A DNA stretch of 32,000 nt from Demequinaceae bacterium. Its GTDB lineage: Bacteria > Actinomycetota > Actinomycetes > Actinomycetales > Demequinaceae. Shown piece after piece: positions 10,325 to 18,492 of this stretch. The stretch is from positions 600,001 through 632,000 of the forward strand of contig OZ252279.1 in assembly GCA_965250005.1 (NCBI GenBank), in the 5' to 3' direction. The translations under genes were made by a program, and so were the position numbers. Position 1 is the first letter of the stretch. The number at the start of each line of letters is the position of its first letter. The notes below the pieces were generated by a model. It saw nothing but the letters and a program-made list of their open reading frames with translations. It did not search any database and was not told the origin of the DNA.

Positions 10325-11524
10325 CTAGCGCCGTTCGAACGTTGCCACGGCCTCGACGTGATGCGTCATGGGATACAGGTCCCATCCGGCCGCATCGACC
10401 AGATCGTAGCCGAGTTGACCGAGAATCTGCGTGTCGCGCGCGAGAGCTACCGGGTCGCAGGCCACGTAGACGACGCGTGCCGGCCCCACGGCGGCGAGCG
10501 CCTCGAGCGTCGCCTTGCCCGCGCCCGAGCGAGGGGGGTCAACCACGGCCGCTGCCGCGGGGCTCATTCCCGCGCCAAGAGTGCGGCGCACGTCGCCCTC
10601 GATGACGGTCGCCGAGGGCTGATCGTGCAAGTTTCTCAGTGCGTTGCGCACCGCGACCCCGTCTGACTCCACCGAGACGACCTCGCGTCCGCCTGTGGCC
10701 AGTGGCAGCGTAAACAGACCGCTTCCTGCATACAGGTCGAGGACGGTGGCGGCCGCTCCGACCCGAGCGAGCACCTCGGCGACCAGGATCGCGGGAGCTT
10801 CCACGTGAACTTGCCAGAAGCCGCCGGTGGCGACGCGGTAGGCGTACTCGGTCCCGGCGACGTCGACTTTCTCGCGGACGCTCGTTGGCGCGTTGGGTCG
10901 CGCGTCCGGCTTGCCTGATTTCCACGCGGCGCCGTTCACTAGCACGTGGGCGCGGTCCTCGTGGGCGGGTGCGACTACCTGGATGGCGGCGCCCGCAGGA
11001 AACCTTCCCTTGAGGAGCGCGGCCTCGGCCGGCTCGGTGGCGAGAGGCATCGCCGCAAGAGCCTTCATGGTGTGGCTGCGCGGTTCGCGCATGGAGGCCT
11101 GGCCCGAACCATCCGCCACCGCAGTGATGCGCGTGCGGTAGCGCAAACCCCCGCGTGCGTCGTCCCCTGGCGCCTGAGCGACCTGTCCCGGCCACATACG
11201 ATCGGCGAATCGCCCGAACGACTCTGTCAGCACGTCCTGCTTCCAGCGCAATTGCGCCTCCAACTTGACGTGCGCGAGTTCCGCACCTCCGACGCCACCC
11301 GGGCCCGCCTCGGGCCATGCCGACTCAACCCTGTCGGGCGACGCCACATGAACCTCAATGGCGTCTCCGCGCCAAAACTTCGCGTCAGGCTCGGAGTCCG
11401 TCAGACGGACGGTGACCTCTTCGCCGGGAAGCGTGTGCCTCACAAAAATGACCCGGCCCTGGTGGCGCGCGACGCAGTGACCGCCGTGAGCTACCGCCGC
11501 AACCGTGACCCTTACGTCGTCCAT
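10325..11524 (-). CDS. TRAM-domain class I SAM-dependent RNA methyltransferase (TrmA/RumA family)
   Basis: ORF 10325..11656; ATG at 11524 (MDDVRVTVAAVAHGGHCVAR) is the likely start, overlapping the preceding TAA by 1 nt. VLDLYAGSGLFTLPLA, VVDPPRSGAGKATLEAL, VYVACDPVALARD. Confidence 0.92.
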   Translation of the reverse strand: MDDVRVTVAAVAHGGHCVARHQGRVIFVRHTLPGEEVTVRLTDSEPDAKFWRGDAIEVHVASPDRVESAWPEAGPGGVGGAELAHVKLEAQLRWKQDVLTESFGRFADRMWPGQVAQAPGDDARGGLRYRTRITAVADGSGQASMREPRSHTMKALAAMPLATEPAEAALLKGRFPAGAAIQVVAPAHEDRAHVLVNGAAWKSGKPDARPNAPTSVREKVDVAGTEYAYRVATGGFWQVHVEAPAILVAEVLARVGAAATVLDLYAGSGLFTLPLATGGREVVSVESDGVAVRNALRNLHDQPSATVIEGDVRRTLGAGMSPAAAAVVDPPRSGAGKATLEALAAVGPARVVYVACDPVALARDTQILGQLGYDLVDAAGWDLYPMTHHVEAVATFERR

Positions 11525-13395
11525 TAGCGGCCGGTACCAGCGTCGCCGCTCGCGGAATGCAGGTGCCATGGAACCGCCGTGACCACCACGCCCGGAATCT
11601 GCAGCAAACGGGCGCGAAGCCGGACGCCACTCTTGTTGTGCAGGAAGCGCTCCCACCAGCGGGTAACGATGTACTCCGGCACGTAGATGACCACCATTTC
11701 TCGTGGACTCCCGCGCCGCACGGCGCGTACGTAACTGATGATCGGCCCGATGAAGTCCCGGTACGGCGAGCTAAGGATGGACAGCGACAGGCCCAGGTCG
11801 CGCTTACCCCACTCGGACTGCAAGTGCGTCGCGGCGCGCTTGTCCACCTGGACGGCGACCGCAGTAAGGGTGTCATGCCGGTTGGCGCGCGCATACGCGA
11901 TGGCGCGGAGAGCGGGGCGGTGAAGTTGCGCGACAAGCACGATACCGTGGGTCGCGCTGGGCAGCGCGCCAGACCGGTCGCCCTCGACCAGTTCGACGTC
12001 CCGACGAACCCGGTCGTAATGACGGTGAATGAACCACATGAGCAACACAAGCCCCGCGATCATCACCACCGCGATCCAGGCGCCCGACGCCACGTTGAAG
12101 ACCACCACAACGAGCCACACCGCCGACCCAACGACGGCGGCAACTAGGTGAAGTGCGCGGAAGCCTTGTCCCTTGAGCCGCAGTCCCTTGTCTACCTCGA
12201 CTTTGATGCGGCCGCCCCAGTGTCGAACCATCGCGACCTGACTTAGGACAATCGACGTGAAGACGCCCACGATGTAAACGTGCACCAGCCGCTCCAGGTC
12301 AGCGCCTGACAGCACAACCACCAGCGTTGACGCGACTGCGATGATCAACACACCGTACTTGAAGACCAGGCGATCGTTGAGTGAGTGCATCTGGCGCGGC
12401 AAGTAGCCGTCACGCGCGAGCACAGAAGATAGCTGGGTAAATCGCCGGAACACAGCAGCGGCTGCGGCGTACAAGATTGCGGCCGCCGCCAGGCTCACAA
12501 TCCAAATTGCAACGTCACCGGCGAAGACGCCGTCGGCCACCTGAAGCAGAATCGGGCCGTCTGACCAGTCGCCGGAACCGTAGGCCCACGCGAGGAAGGC
12601 AACCAGGAAGAACGCGATCGCTGAAACAGCGACCGCAATCAACAGCGTGCGGCCGGCGCGAAGACCCCGCGGCTCCTCGTGGAATCGGCCGGAGGCAGCG
12701 AGGTGCTCGATCCCGGTAACCATCACCGCTCCGGACGCGACGGCGCCGCCGTACGCGAGCACAATTGCCCACCCCGACTGGGAGACCGCCGGCTCCGAGA
12801 CGAGCGCCGCGTTCGTGTGCCGCGCGAGTCCAAATATCGCCACCGTGACCACCACAAGAATGAAGCCAAACCAAACGATCATCAGCACCCGCGCGCGCTC
12901 CTGGATACCGCGCAGCGCGCCCAGCGTCATAATGCCGATGAGTCCCACGCCCACGACCGACTCGAAGCCCTCAAGCTGAGGCCACACAAAGTCTGCGATC
13001 GCGCCGACCGCAGCCACGGAGACCGCGACGGTGAGCAAGTAGTCAACCAACAGGGCTGCGCCCGCCACAACGCCCGCGCCGGGCCCCAGGCGGTGAGCGA
13101 CCACGCCGTAGTCCCCGCGCATCCCGCCAAACTCCACCACGTTGGCCCGGTAGGCAAACCCAAGGAGCAGCATGATCGCGACCACGCCGAGCGCCATGCC
13201 CGGGATCGCGCCAGCTTGGCCACCGTTGCGCAGGGACGCAACTAGCGCGTCGGGGGCGTACGCAACGGCGGAGAGAATACCCGCACCAAACACCGGCAGC
13301 GCGAGCCGAGAGCGGATTGCGCGCGTATCAGCTCTGTCTGTCGGGATGGGCTCGCCCACCACGAATCGCTTGACTGCCTGAAGAAACCTTCGCAC
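11524..13395 (-). CDS. APC family permease (amino acid/polyamine/organocation superfamily)
   Basis: 623 aa; GAGILSAVAYAPDALV followed by about 12 hydrophobic segments and a C-terminal cytoplasmic domain; Rv2690c-like synteny beside TrkA-like genes. Confidence 0.9.
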   Translation of the reverse strand: MRRFLQAVKRFVVGEPIPTDRADTRAIRSRLALPVFGAGILSAVAYAPDALVASLRNGGQAGAIPGMALGVVAIMLLLGFAYRANVVEFGGMRGDYGVVAHRLGPGAGVVAGAALLVDYLLTVAVSVAAVGAIADFVWPQLEGFESVVGVGLIGIMTLGALRGIQERARVLMIVWFGFILVVVTVAIFGLARHTNAALVSEPAVSQSGWAIVLAYGGAVASGAVMVTGIEHLAASGRFHEEPRGLRAGRTLLIAVAVSAIAFFLVAFLAWAYGSGDWSDGPILLQVADGVFAGDVAIWIVSLAAAAILYAAAAAVFRRFTQLSSVLARDGYLPRQMHSLNDRLVFKYGVLIIAVASTLVVVLSGADLERLVHVYIVGVFTSIVLSQVAMVRHWGGRIKVEVDKGLRLKGQGFRALHLVAAVVGSAVWLVVVVFNVASGAWIAVVMIAGLVLLMWFIHRHYDRVRRDVELVEGDRSGALPSATHGIVLVAQLHRPALRAIAYARANRHDTLTAVAVQVDKRAATHLQSEWGKRDLGLSLSILSSPYRDFIGPIISYVRAVRRGSPREMVVIYVPEYIVTRWWERFLHNKSGVRLRARLLQIPGVVVTAVPWHLHSASGDAGTGR

Positions 13396-13436
13396 GTCGC
13401 ACTATCCTAGGCCGCTCGGGTATACCGTGGTTGCTT

Positions 13437-14141
13437 GTGCATATCGTGATCATGGGCTGCGGCCGTACTGGAGCCGCCCTGGCGAGCGAGTTCGAACAAC
13501 GTGGGCATTCCGTCGCGATCATCGACAAATTGAGCGACGCCTTCCGCCGCCTCCCCGCAGACTTCCAGGGGCACAAGATCACCGGAGTGGGTTTTGACAG
13601 AGACACCCTGCTGGCCGCCGGCGTCGAAGACGCCTATGGGTTCGCCGCAGTCTCGGATGGCGACAACTCCAACATCCTTGCCGCTCGCGTCGTTCGGGAG
13701 ACCTACGGCGTCGAGAACGTTGTGGCTCGAATATCGGATCAAGGCCGCGCCGAGGTGTACCAGCGGCTTGGCATAGCCACGGTGGCGCCCGTGCCGTGGA
13801 CCAGCGCCCAGATCGTTTCGCGGCTGCTTCCCGTGGGGGGCGCGGAGGTTTACTCCGACGCGTCAGTTGACGTCTCGATCAAGCGCGTGCAGTTCAACGC
13901 GGCCTGGGTGGGCAAACCATACGCCGCCATCGAGGAGGCGACCGGCGCGCGACTGGCGTACGTGGTGCGCTTCAACATGGGAGTCATCCCGGACTCCACG
14001 ACGTTGGTGCAGTCGGGCGACGAGCCGTACCTCGTGATTCCGGAGGCGGTCGAGGCAACGGTTGAGAAGCTGCTCGGCAAGGCGCCCACAGCGCGCGGAG
14101 CCGCAAAGAAACCCTCTAAGCGGGCGGTGAAGAAGAAGTGA
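13437..14141 (+). CDS. ceoB: TrkA-family potassium uptake / NAD-binding regulatory subunit
   Basis: VHIVIMGCGRTGAALASEFEQRGHSVAIIDK Rossmann fold, DGDNSNILAARVVRETYGVENVVARISDQGRAEVYQRLGI; start could be TTG 13431 or GTG 13437. Confidence 0.88.
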   Translation: MHIVIMGCGRTGAALASEFEQRGHSVAIIDKLSDAFRRLPADFQGHKITGVGFDRDTLLAAGVEDAYGFAAVSDGDNSNILAARVVRETYGVENVVARISDQGRAEVYQRLGIATVAPVPWTSAQIVSRLLPVGGAEVYSDASVDVSIKRVQFNAAWVGKPYAAIEEATGARLAYVVRFNMGVIPDSTTLVQSGDEPYLVIPEAVEATVEKLLGKAPTARGAAKKPSKRAVKKK

Positions 14142-14812
14142 AGATCATCATCGCGGGTGCAGGCTCCGTGGGACGCTCGATCGCGCGCGACCTGCTGGAG
14201 CACGGCCACGAGGTCACGCTCATGGACAAGTCCCCGAACGCCATGCGCGTCGCTCAAGTCGCGGAGGCCGACTGGCTCCTGGCCGACGCCTGCGAACTCG
14301 CCTCGCTACGCGACGCCCACGTGGAGGACTGCGATGTAGTGGTGGCCGCCACCGGGGACGACAAGGCAAACCTCGTGATCGCGTTCCTCACCAAGACCGA
14401 GTTCGCCGTGCCTCGAACTGTCGCTCGCGTCAACAACCCGCGCAACGAGTGGATGTACGACCACCAGTGGGGCGTGGACGTCGCAGTGAGCACCCCACGC
14501 ATCATGACGGCCATGGTTGAAGAGGCGGTCGCCGTAGGTGATCTCGTCAAGGTCTTCACGTTCCACCAGTCAGGCGCAGCGATCCACGAGGTAACGCTGC
14601 CCGCGGACTCCGCAATCATAGGATCAATGCTCAGCGAGATCACGTGGCCAGAGGACATTGTGTTGACGTGTGTGGTCAGGGGAGACCGCACCATCGCGCC
14701 GTCGCCGCACGACACGCTCGAGGTGGGCGACGAATTGCTGTTTATTGTTTCGGTTGAGGCTGATCCGGGGGCGCTTGAGGAAGTTCTTCGGAACGCACCA
14801 TCAGCCAAATAG
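14138..14812 (+). CDS. ceoC: TrkA-family potassium uptake / NAD-binding regulatory subunit (second copy)
   Basis: MKIIIAGAGSVGRSIARDLLEHGHEVTLMDK, ATGDDKANLVIAFLTKTEFAVPRTVARVNNPRN; 4-nt GTGA overlap with the preceding gene. Confidence 0.9.
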   Translation: MKIIIAGAGSVGRSIARDLLEHGHEVTLMDKSPNAMRVAQVAEADWLLADACELASLRDAHVEDCDVVVAATGDDKANLVIAFLTKTEFAVPRTVARVNNPRNEWMYDHQWGVDVAVSTPRIMTAMVEEAVAVGDLVKVFTFHQSGAAIHEVTLPADSAIIGSMLSEITWPEDIVLTCVVRGDRTIAPSPHDTLEVGDELLFIVSVEADPGALEEVLRNAPSAK

Positions 14813-15395
14813 TCCAGGCCGTCAGCAAGAATAGCGGGATGCCCATAGCCAGCTTCGCAACGCCCAGGGCAACAATGAGCCCAGCAAAATAGAGCGGCAC
14901 CTGAACCGCGAGTTTGAGCGCGAAGAGCGCCGCCATGATCCCCGTCGCCAGGCCGAATCGCCGCAGCAACCGCGGGTCAGTACGCCACCCCATCGACGCT
15001 CCGCGCGCTAGCGCGACCACGACCCCGACGATGGGCCAGCGCACCACGATTGACACCAGCAGCACAACAAGGGACGCCACGTTGATGTAGAACCCGGGGA
15101 CGAAGTACTCCCCTGGCTCCCCGAAGCGCCAAGCCCATAACGCTCCAAGCCCTACTCCAAATACTCCGCCCAGCGCCTGCGTCACTGGGGTGCGCTGAAT
15201 AAGCCGGATGGCCACCATCACCGCCACGACGGCGCAGGCCACCAGCGTAGGGACGCGAAATCCGCCAACAGCGAGGTAGGCGACCACAAACGCGACGCCC
15301 GGCGCCGCCGACTCAACAAGCCCGCGCGTGCCTCCAACGGATTCGCGCACGGAGAATTCCTCGCCCGCAACAGCGCGCCAACCGGATTGACTCAT
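14742..15395 (-). CDS. DUF3159 domain-containing membrane protein
   Basis: 217 aa, several hydrophobic segments; GFRVPTLVACAVVAVMVAIRLIQRTPVTQALGGVFGVG is typical of DUF3159; Rv2693c-like position. Confidence 0.85.
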   Translation of the reverse strand: MSQSGWRAVAGEEFSVRESVGGTRGLVESAAPGVAFVVAYLAVGGFRVPTLVACAVVAVMVAIRLIQRTPVTQALGGVFGVGLGALWAWRFGEPGEYFVPGFYINVASLVVLLVSIVVRWPIVGVVVALARGASMGWRTDPRLLRRFGLATGIMAALFALKLAVQVPLYFAGLIVALGVAKLAMGIPLFLLTAWTIWLMVRSEELPQAPPDQPQPKQ

Positions 15396-15676
15396 CCCGT
15401 CGCTCCGTTGAGCAGTTCGTAACTGGGGTTGAAGATGCGCGGACCGTGGCCATCGTTGTAGACGCGACCCGCTATCTTGACCGAGCGCCCGGGCTCAACG
15501 CCCGGGATTCCGCGCCGGCCAATGAAGACTGCGTCGATGCTTCCGCTTGAGTCCTCCACGCGCGCGGTAAGCGCGGGCGGTGCGTCTTTGGGATTGACCG
15601 TGACAGAGACGATCTTGCCCGCCACGGTCACATGCTGGCGGGCGGCGGCGGCGGCAATGAGCGTAACGTCGCTCAC
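15392..15676 (-). CDS. OB-fold nucleic-acid-binding domain-containing protein
   Basis: 94 aa; VTVAGKIVSVTVNPKDAPPALTARVEDSSGSIDAVFIGRRGIPGVEPGRSVKIAGRV; 4-nt overlaps with both neighbours. Confidence 0.85.
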   Translation of the reverse strand: MSDVTLIAAAAARQHVTVAGKIVSVTVNPKDAPPALTARVEDSSGSIDAVFIGRRGIPGVEPGRSVKIAGRVYNDGHGPRIFNPSYELLNGATG

Positions 15677-16122
15677 TGGCTGGCTCCTCCCGTCGAACCG
15701 AAGCCAGCATCGCCGCGATGGGAGCCGGGAAGCGTTTCCACACTGACAAAGTTTGCGGTCTCCACCTGCTGGATGACGAGCTGCGCGATCCGGTCGCCCT
15801 TCACGAAGGTCACTGCATGCTGTGTATCCGAGTTGAGGAGCGTCACAGCGATCTCACCGCGATAGCCAGCGTCCACGGTGCCAGGCGCGTTCACGACCGT
15901 CACGCCGTGCTTGGCCGCCAGGCCGGATCGTGGGTGAACGAGCGCCACGAAGCCGGGCGGAAGCGCGATCTTGAGTCCCGTGGGGACGGTGGCGCGCTCT
16001 CCGGGAGCAAGCGTCACGTCGATGCGCGTGGTGATATCCGCGCCTGCGTCTCCTGGATGTGAGTACGCAGGAAGTGGGACGTCCGCCGCGGTGGTCGCGA
16101 CCAGAACGTCTACGGGGAGCAT
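15673..16122 (-). CDS. dut: Deoxyuridine 5'-triphosphate nucleotidohydrolase (dUTPase)
   Basis: ORF 15673..16335; start ATG 16122 (MLPVDVLVATTAADVPLPAYSHPGDAGADI). DAGADI, HPRSGLA, NAPGTVDAGYRGEI, KGDRIAQLVI, GDAGFGSTG motifs. Confidence 0.97.
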   Translation of the reverse strand: MLPVDVLVATTAADVPLPAYSHPGDAGADITTRIDVTLAPGERATVPTGLKIALPPGFVALVHPRSGLAAKHGVTVVNAPGTVDAGYRGEIAVTLLNSDTQHAVTFVKGDRIAQLVIQQVETANFVSVETLPGSHRGDAGFGSTGGASQ

Positions 16123-16138
16123 GGCGGAGCGACGGAGG

Positions 16139-16438
16139 TTAGGCCGCGCACTCCGAGCAGATCGGCTGGTTCTTCTTCCACGAAGCCAACTGGCTGCGGT
16201 GGTGAACCAGGAAGCACGAAGTGCACGTGAACTCGTCCTGCTGCGGCGGAAGCACGCGCACGGACAGTTCTTCATTCGAGAGGTCGGCGCCGGGGAGCTC
16301 GAAGCCCTCTGCTGCCTCGGTCTCGTCCTCGTCAACTACTCCCGACACCTTGTCCGAACGGCGGGCCTTCAGCTCCTCGATGGAGTCTGCGGCGATCTCG
16401 TCGTCGGTCTTGCGCGGTGCGTCGTAATCAGTTGCCAT
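16139..16438 (-). CDS. DUF4193 domain-containing protein (putative zinc-ribbon)
   Basis: Start ATG 16438 after AAGGAGG; MATDYDAPRKTDDEIAADSIEELKARR ... DEFTCTSCFLVHHRSQLA ... ICSECAA; Cys pairs consistent with metal binding. Confidence 0.93.
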   Translation of the reverse strand: MATDYDAPRKTDDEIAADSIEELKARRSDKVSGVVDEDETEAAEGFELPGADLSNEELSVRVLPPQQDEFTCTSCFLVHHRSQLASWKKNQPICSECAA

Positions 16439-16555
16439 GTGGCGGTAATCCTCCTTGGTGGGTACCCCACCGTAATCAATGCTCAGGAAGCGGAAATTGT
16501 TCCCCAGGCGCACGCACTATGCCTCGTATTTGGCGGAAATGCAACTCAGCCCCGC

Positions 16556-17380
16556 CTACGCATCCCACATTCGGTCCGCGCCCGAGGCCACCAGCGCGTC
16601 GTAAAGAGCGTCGAATAGGTTGGCTGGGGCGGCAATAAGCAGCTCCCCATTTGCTGGGTTGCCGTTCAACCCCTCCACACGCAGTCCCGCTTCGCGGGCG
16701 ATAAGCCCAGCCGCAGCGTGGTCCCACGCGCCGAGCCCGTGTTCGTAATATGCGTCGAGCGTTCCGGCGGCGGCAAGGCATAGGTCGACCGAGCACGAAC
16801 CGAGGCGCCTAATGTCCCGAACCTCGGACAACATGCGAGTCACGACTGCGCCTTGGAGCGCGCGCCGCTTGGCAATGTACTGAAATCCTGTCCCCAGCAG
16901 TGTCGCCGACAACGGCGGGCCCTGGTGCGGCTCGATTTGCACCCCGTCTCTCCACGCCCCCTCGCCGCGGGCGGCGGACCACAGCACCTTGTCTCCGCCC
17001 TCGAATACCGCACCTGCCTCTTGCGTCCACTCGTCAGGGTTCGCAGGCCCCGTGACGGCCCCGACTGAAACCGCGAAGTGCGGAAGTCCATACAGGTAGT
17101 TGACCGTGCCATCGATCGGGTCCAGTACCCAGGTGACTCCGGAGGTTCCGGGGACGTCGGCGCCCTCTTCCCCCAGAATCGCATCGTTTGGTCGAAGTTC
17201 GGCGATGCGCGTGCGCAGGAAATCCTCGCACGCAATATCCACTTGGGTCACGATGTCGATGTCGCTCGACTTAGTATCGGTGACCCTGAGGTCTGCCGTT
17301 CTGCCTGCCGCAACGATCCGGCCGGCCTCCGTGGCAAGGGTGCGGGCGACGTTAAGCAAGGCCAACGGGGTCGTTTGCAT
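16556..17380 (-). CDS. Inositol monophosphatase family protein
   Basis: Start at ATG 17380 (MQTTPLALLNVARTLATEAGR). TKSSDIDIVTQVD, AILGEEG, WVLDPIDGTVNYLYGLPHFAVS, GAWDHAAAGLIAREAG. Confidence 0.93.
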   Translation of the reverse strand: MQTTPLALLNVARTLATEAGRIVAAGRTADLRVTDTKSSDIDIVTQVDIACEDFLRTRIAELRPNDAILGEEGADVPGTSGVTWVLDPIDGTVNYLYGLPHFAVSVGAVTGPANPDEWTQEAGAVFEGGDKVLWSAARGEGAWRDGVQIEPHQGPPLSATLLGTGFQYIAKRRALQGAVVTRMLSEVRDIRRLGSCSVDLCLAAAGTLDAYYEHGLGAWDHAAAGLIAREAGLRVEGLNGNPANGELLIAAPANLFDALYDALVASGADRMWDA

Positions 17381-17471
17381 GTCACCATGGTGCCTCACCA
17401 CTCCAGGGTTGCCTGCCACGCGCCGGGCGTGGCTCCACCGATGCACGCGTGAGCCGTGGCAACCTGAGCGC

Positions 17472-18431
17472 ATGACGCGCGTTGAACTCGTCGGCTCAGC
17501 CGACGACGGCGAGAACCTGGTGATTGCTACGGCCACCGGGGAGCAATACACGTTGCCCGTAACCGAGGACCTGCGAGACATCCTTAACCCGCCAAGGAAT
17601 GCCGACGACGCGCCCACCCTCGCCCCCAAGGACATCCAACGCCGCATTCGGGCGGGGCTGTCCGCCGAGGAGTTATCGGAGCTCACGGGCGTGCCGCTAG
17701 ACAAACTGCGCCGCTACGAGGCTCCCGTGCTCGCCGAGCGGCACTACATTGCCGAGATGGCGCAGGCGACGCGCATCGGCCGTGACCCGAGTTCGCCCAT
17801 CCTCGGCGAGCTTGTGTCCGACAGGCTAGCGAGCCGAGGCATAACCGGCGCCCGTGTCACGTGGGACGCGTGGCGCAACGGGACCTCGCCATGGACGGTG
17901 GCGGCGTCGTACCCGCTCGCGGGCGGCAATGCGCGCGCCGTCTGGACTTTCGACCACCAAACACGTTCAGTCAAAGCTCAAGACGACGAGGCTCGGTGGC
18001 TGACCGAGACAGACTTGCTCACCATGCCAGCGCCCACGCGGCACCTTGCCCCCGTGCGCGAGACTGCGCCGGGAGCGCGCGCGCCCGTAACTGCCCTACA
18101 CAAACTTGAGGCGCGGCCGGAAAAGCCCGCGCGGCCGTCTACCGATCGCATCCTCGAGGACCTGCAGGCCAAGCGCGGCACGCGCGACGTCGTCGAGACC
18201 GCGGCCGAGCTCGAGGACCAGTTCGACGAAGAGTTCGAAGGCTTCGGCCCGCAGCATGCGCGCGAGGCCGACGTTGGCTTCGCCTCCGGTGGTGGTAGCG
18301 CCGTTCGCGCTTCCGCGCCTCCCGCTGGCGGCACGCCGCCCACCAGGGCGCCTGCTGCAAAACCCACCCGCAAGGGTCGCGCGTCCGTGCCCAGTTGGGA
18401 CGAGATTGTGTTTGGCGCCAAGTCGGACTAG
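17472..18431 (+). CDS. sepH: Septation protein SepH (DUF3071 family)
   Basis: Start ATG 17472 (MTRVELVGSADDGENLVIATATGEQYTLPVTEDLRDIL). PKDIQRRIRAGLSAEELSELTGVPLDKLRRYEAPVLAERHYIAEMAQ is characteristic. Confidence 0.93.
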   Translation: MTRVELVGSADDGENLVIATATGEQYTLPVTEDLRDILNPPRNADDAPTLAPKDIQRRIRAGLSAEELSELTGVPLDKLRRYEAPVLAERHYIAEMAQATRIGRDPSSPILGELVSDRLASRGITGARVTWDAWRNGTSPWTVAASYPLAGGNARAVWTFDHQTRSVKAQDDEARWLTETDLLTMPAPTRHLAPVRETAPGARAPVTALHKLEARPEKPARPSTDRILEDLQAKRGTRDVVETAAELEDQFDEEFEGFGPQHAREADVGFASGGGSAVRASAPPAGGTPPTRAPAAKPTRKGRASVPSWDEIVFGAKSD

Positions 18432-18492
18432 CGGCGCCTAGTCAGAGCTGGTTCCTGCAAAGAAGAAAAGAAGATCAGTCCAGCCTTGTTCG

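Noticed and set aside
10539-11318. 259-aa minus-strand ORF inside the TRAM methyltransferase
   Set aside because: Alternate frame with Arg/Gly-rich low-information sequence.
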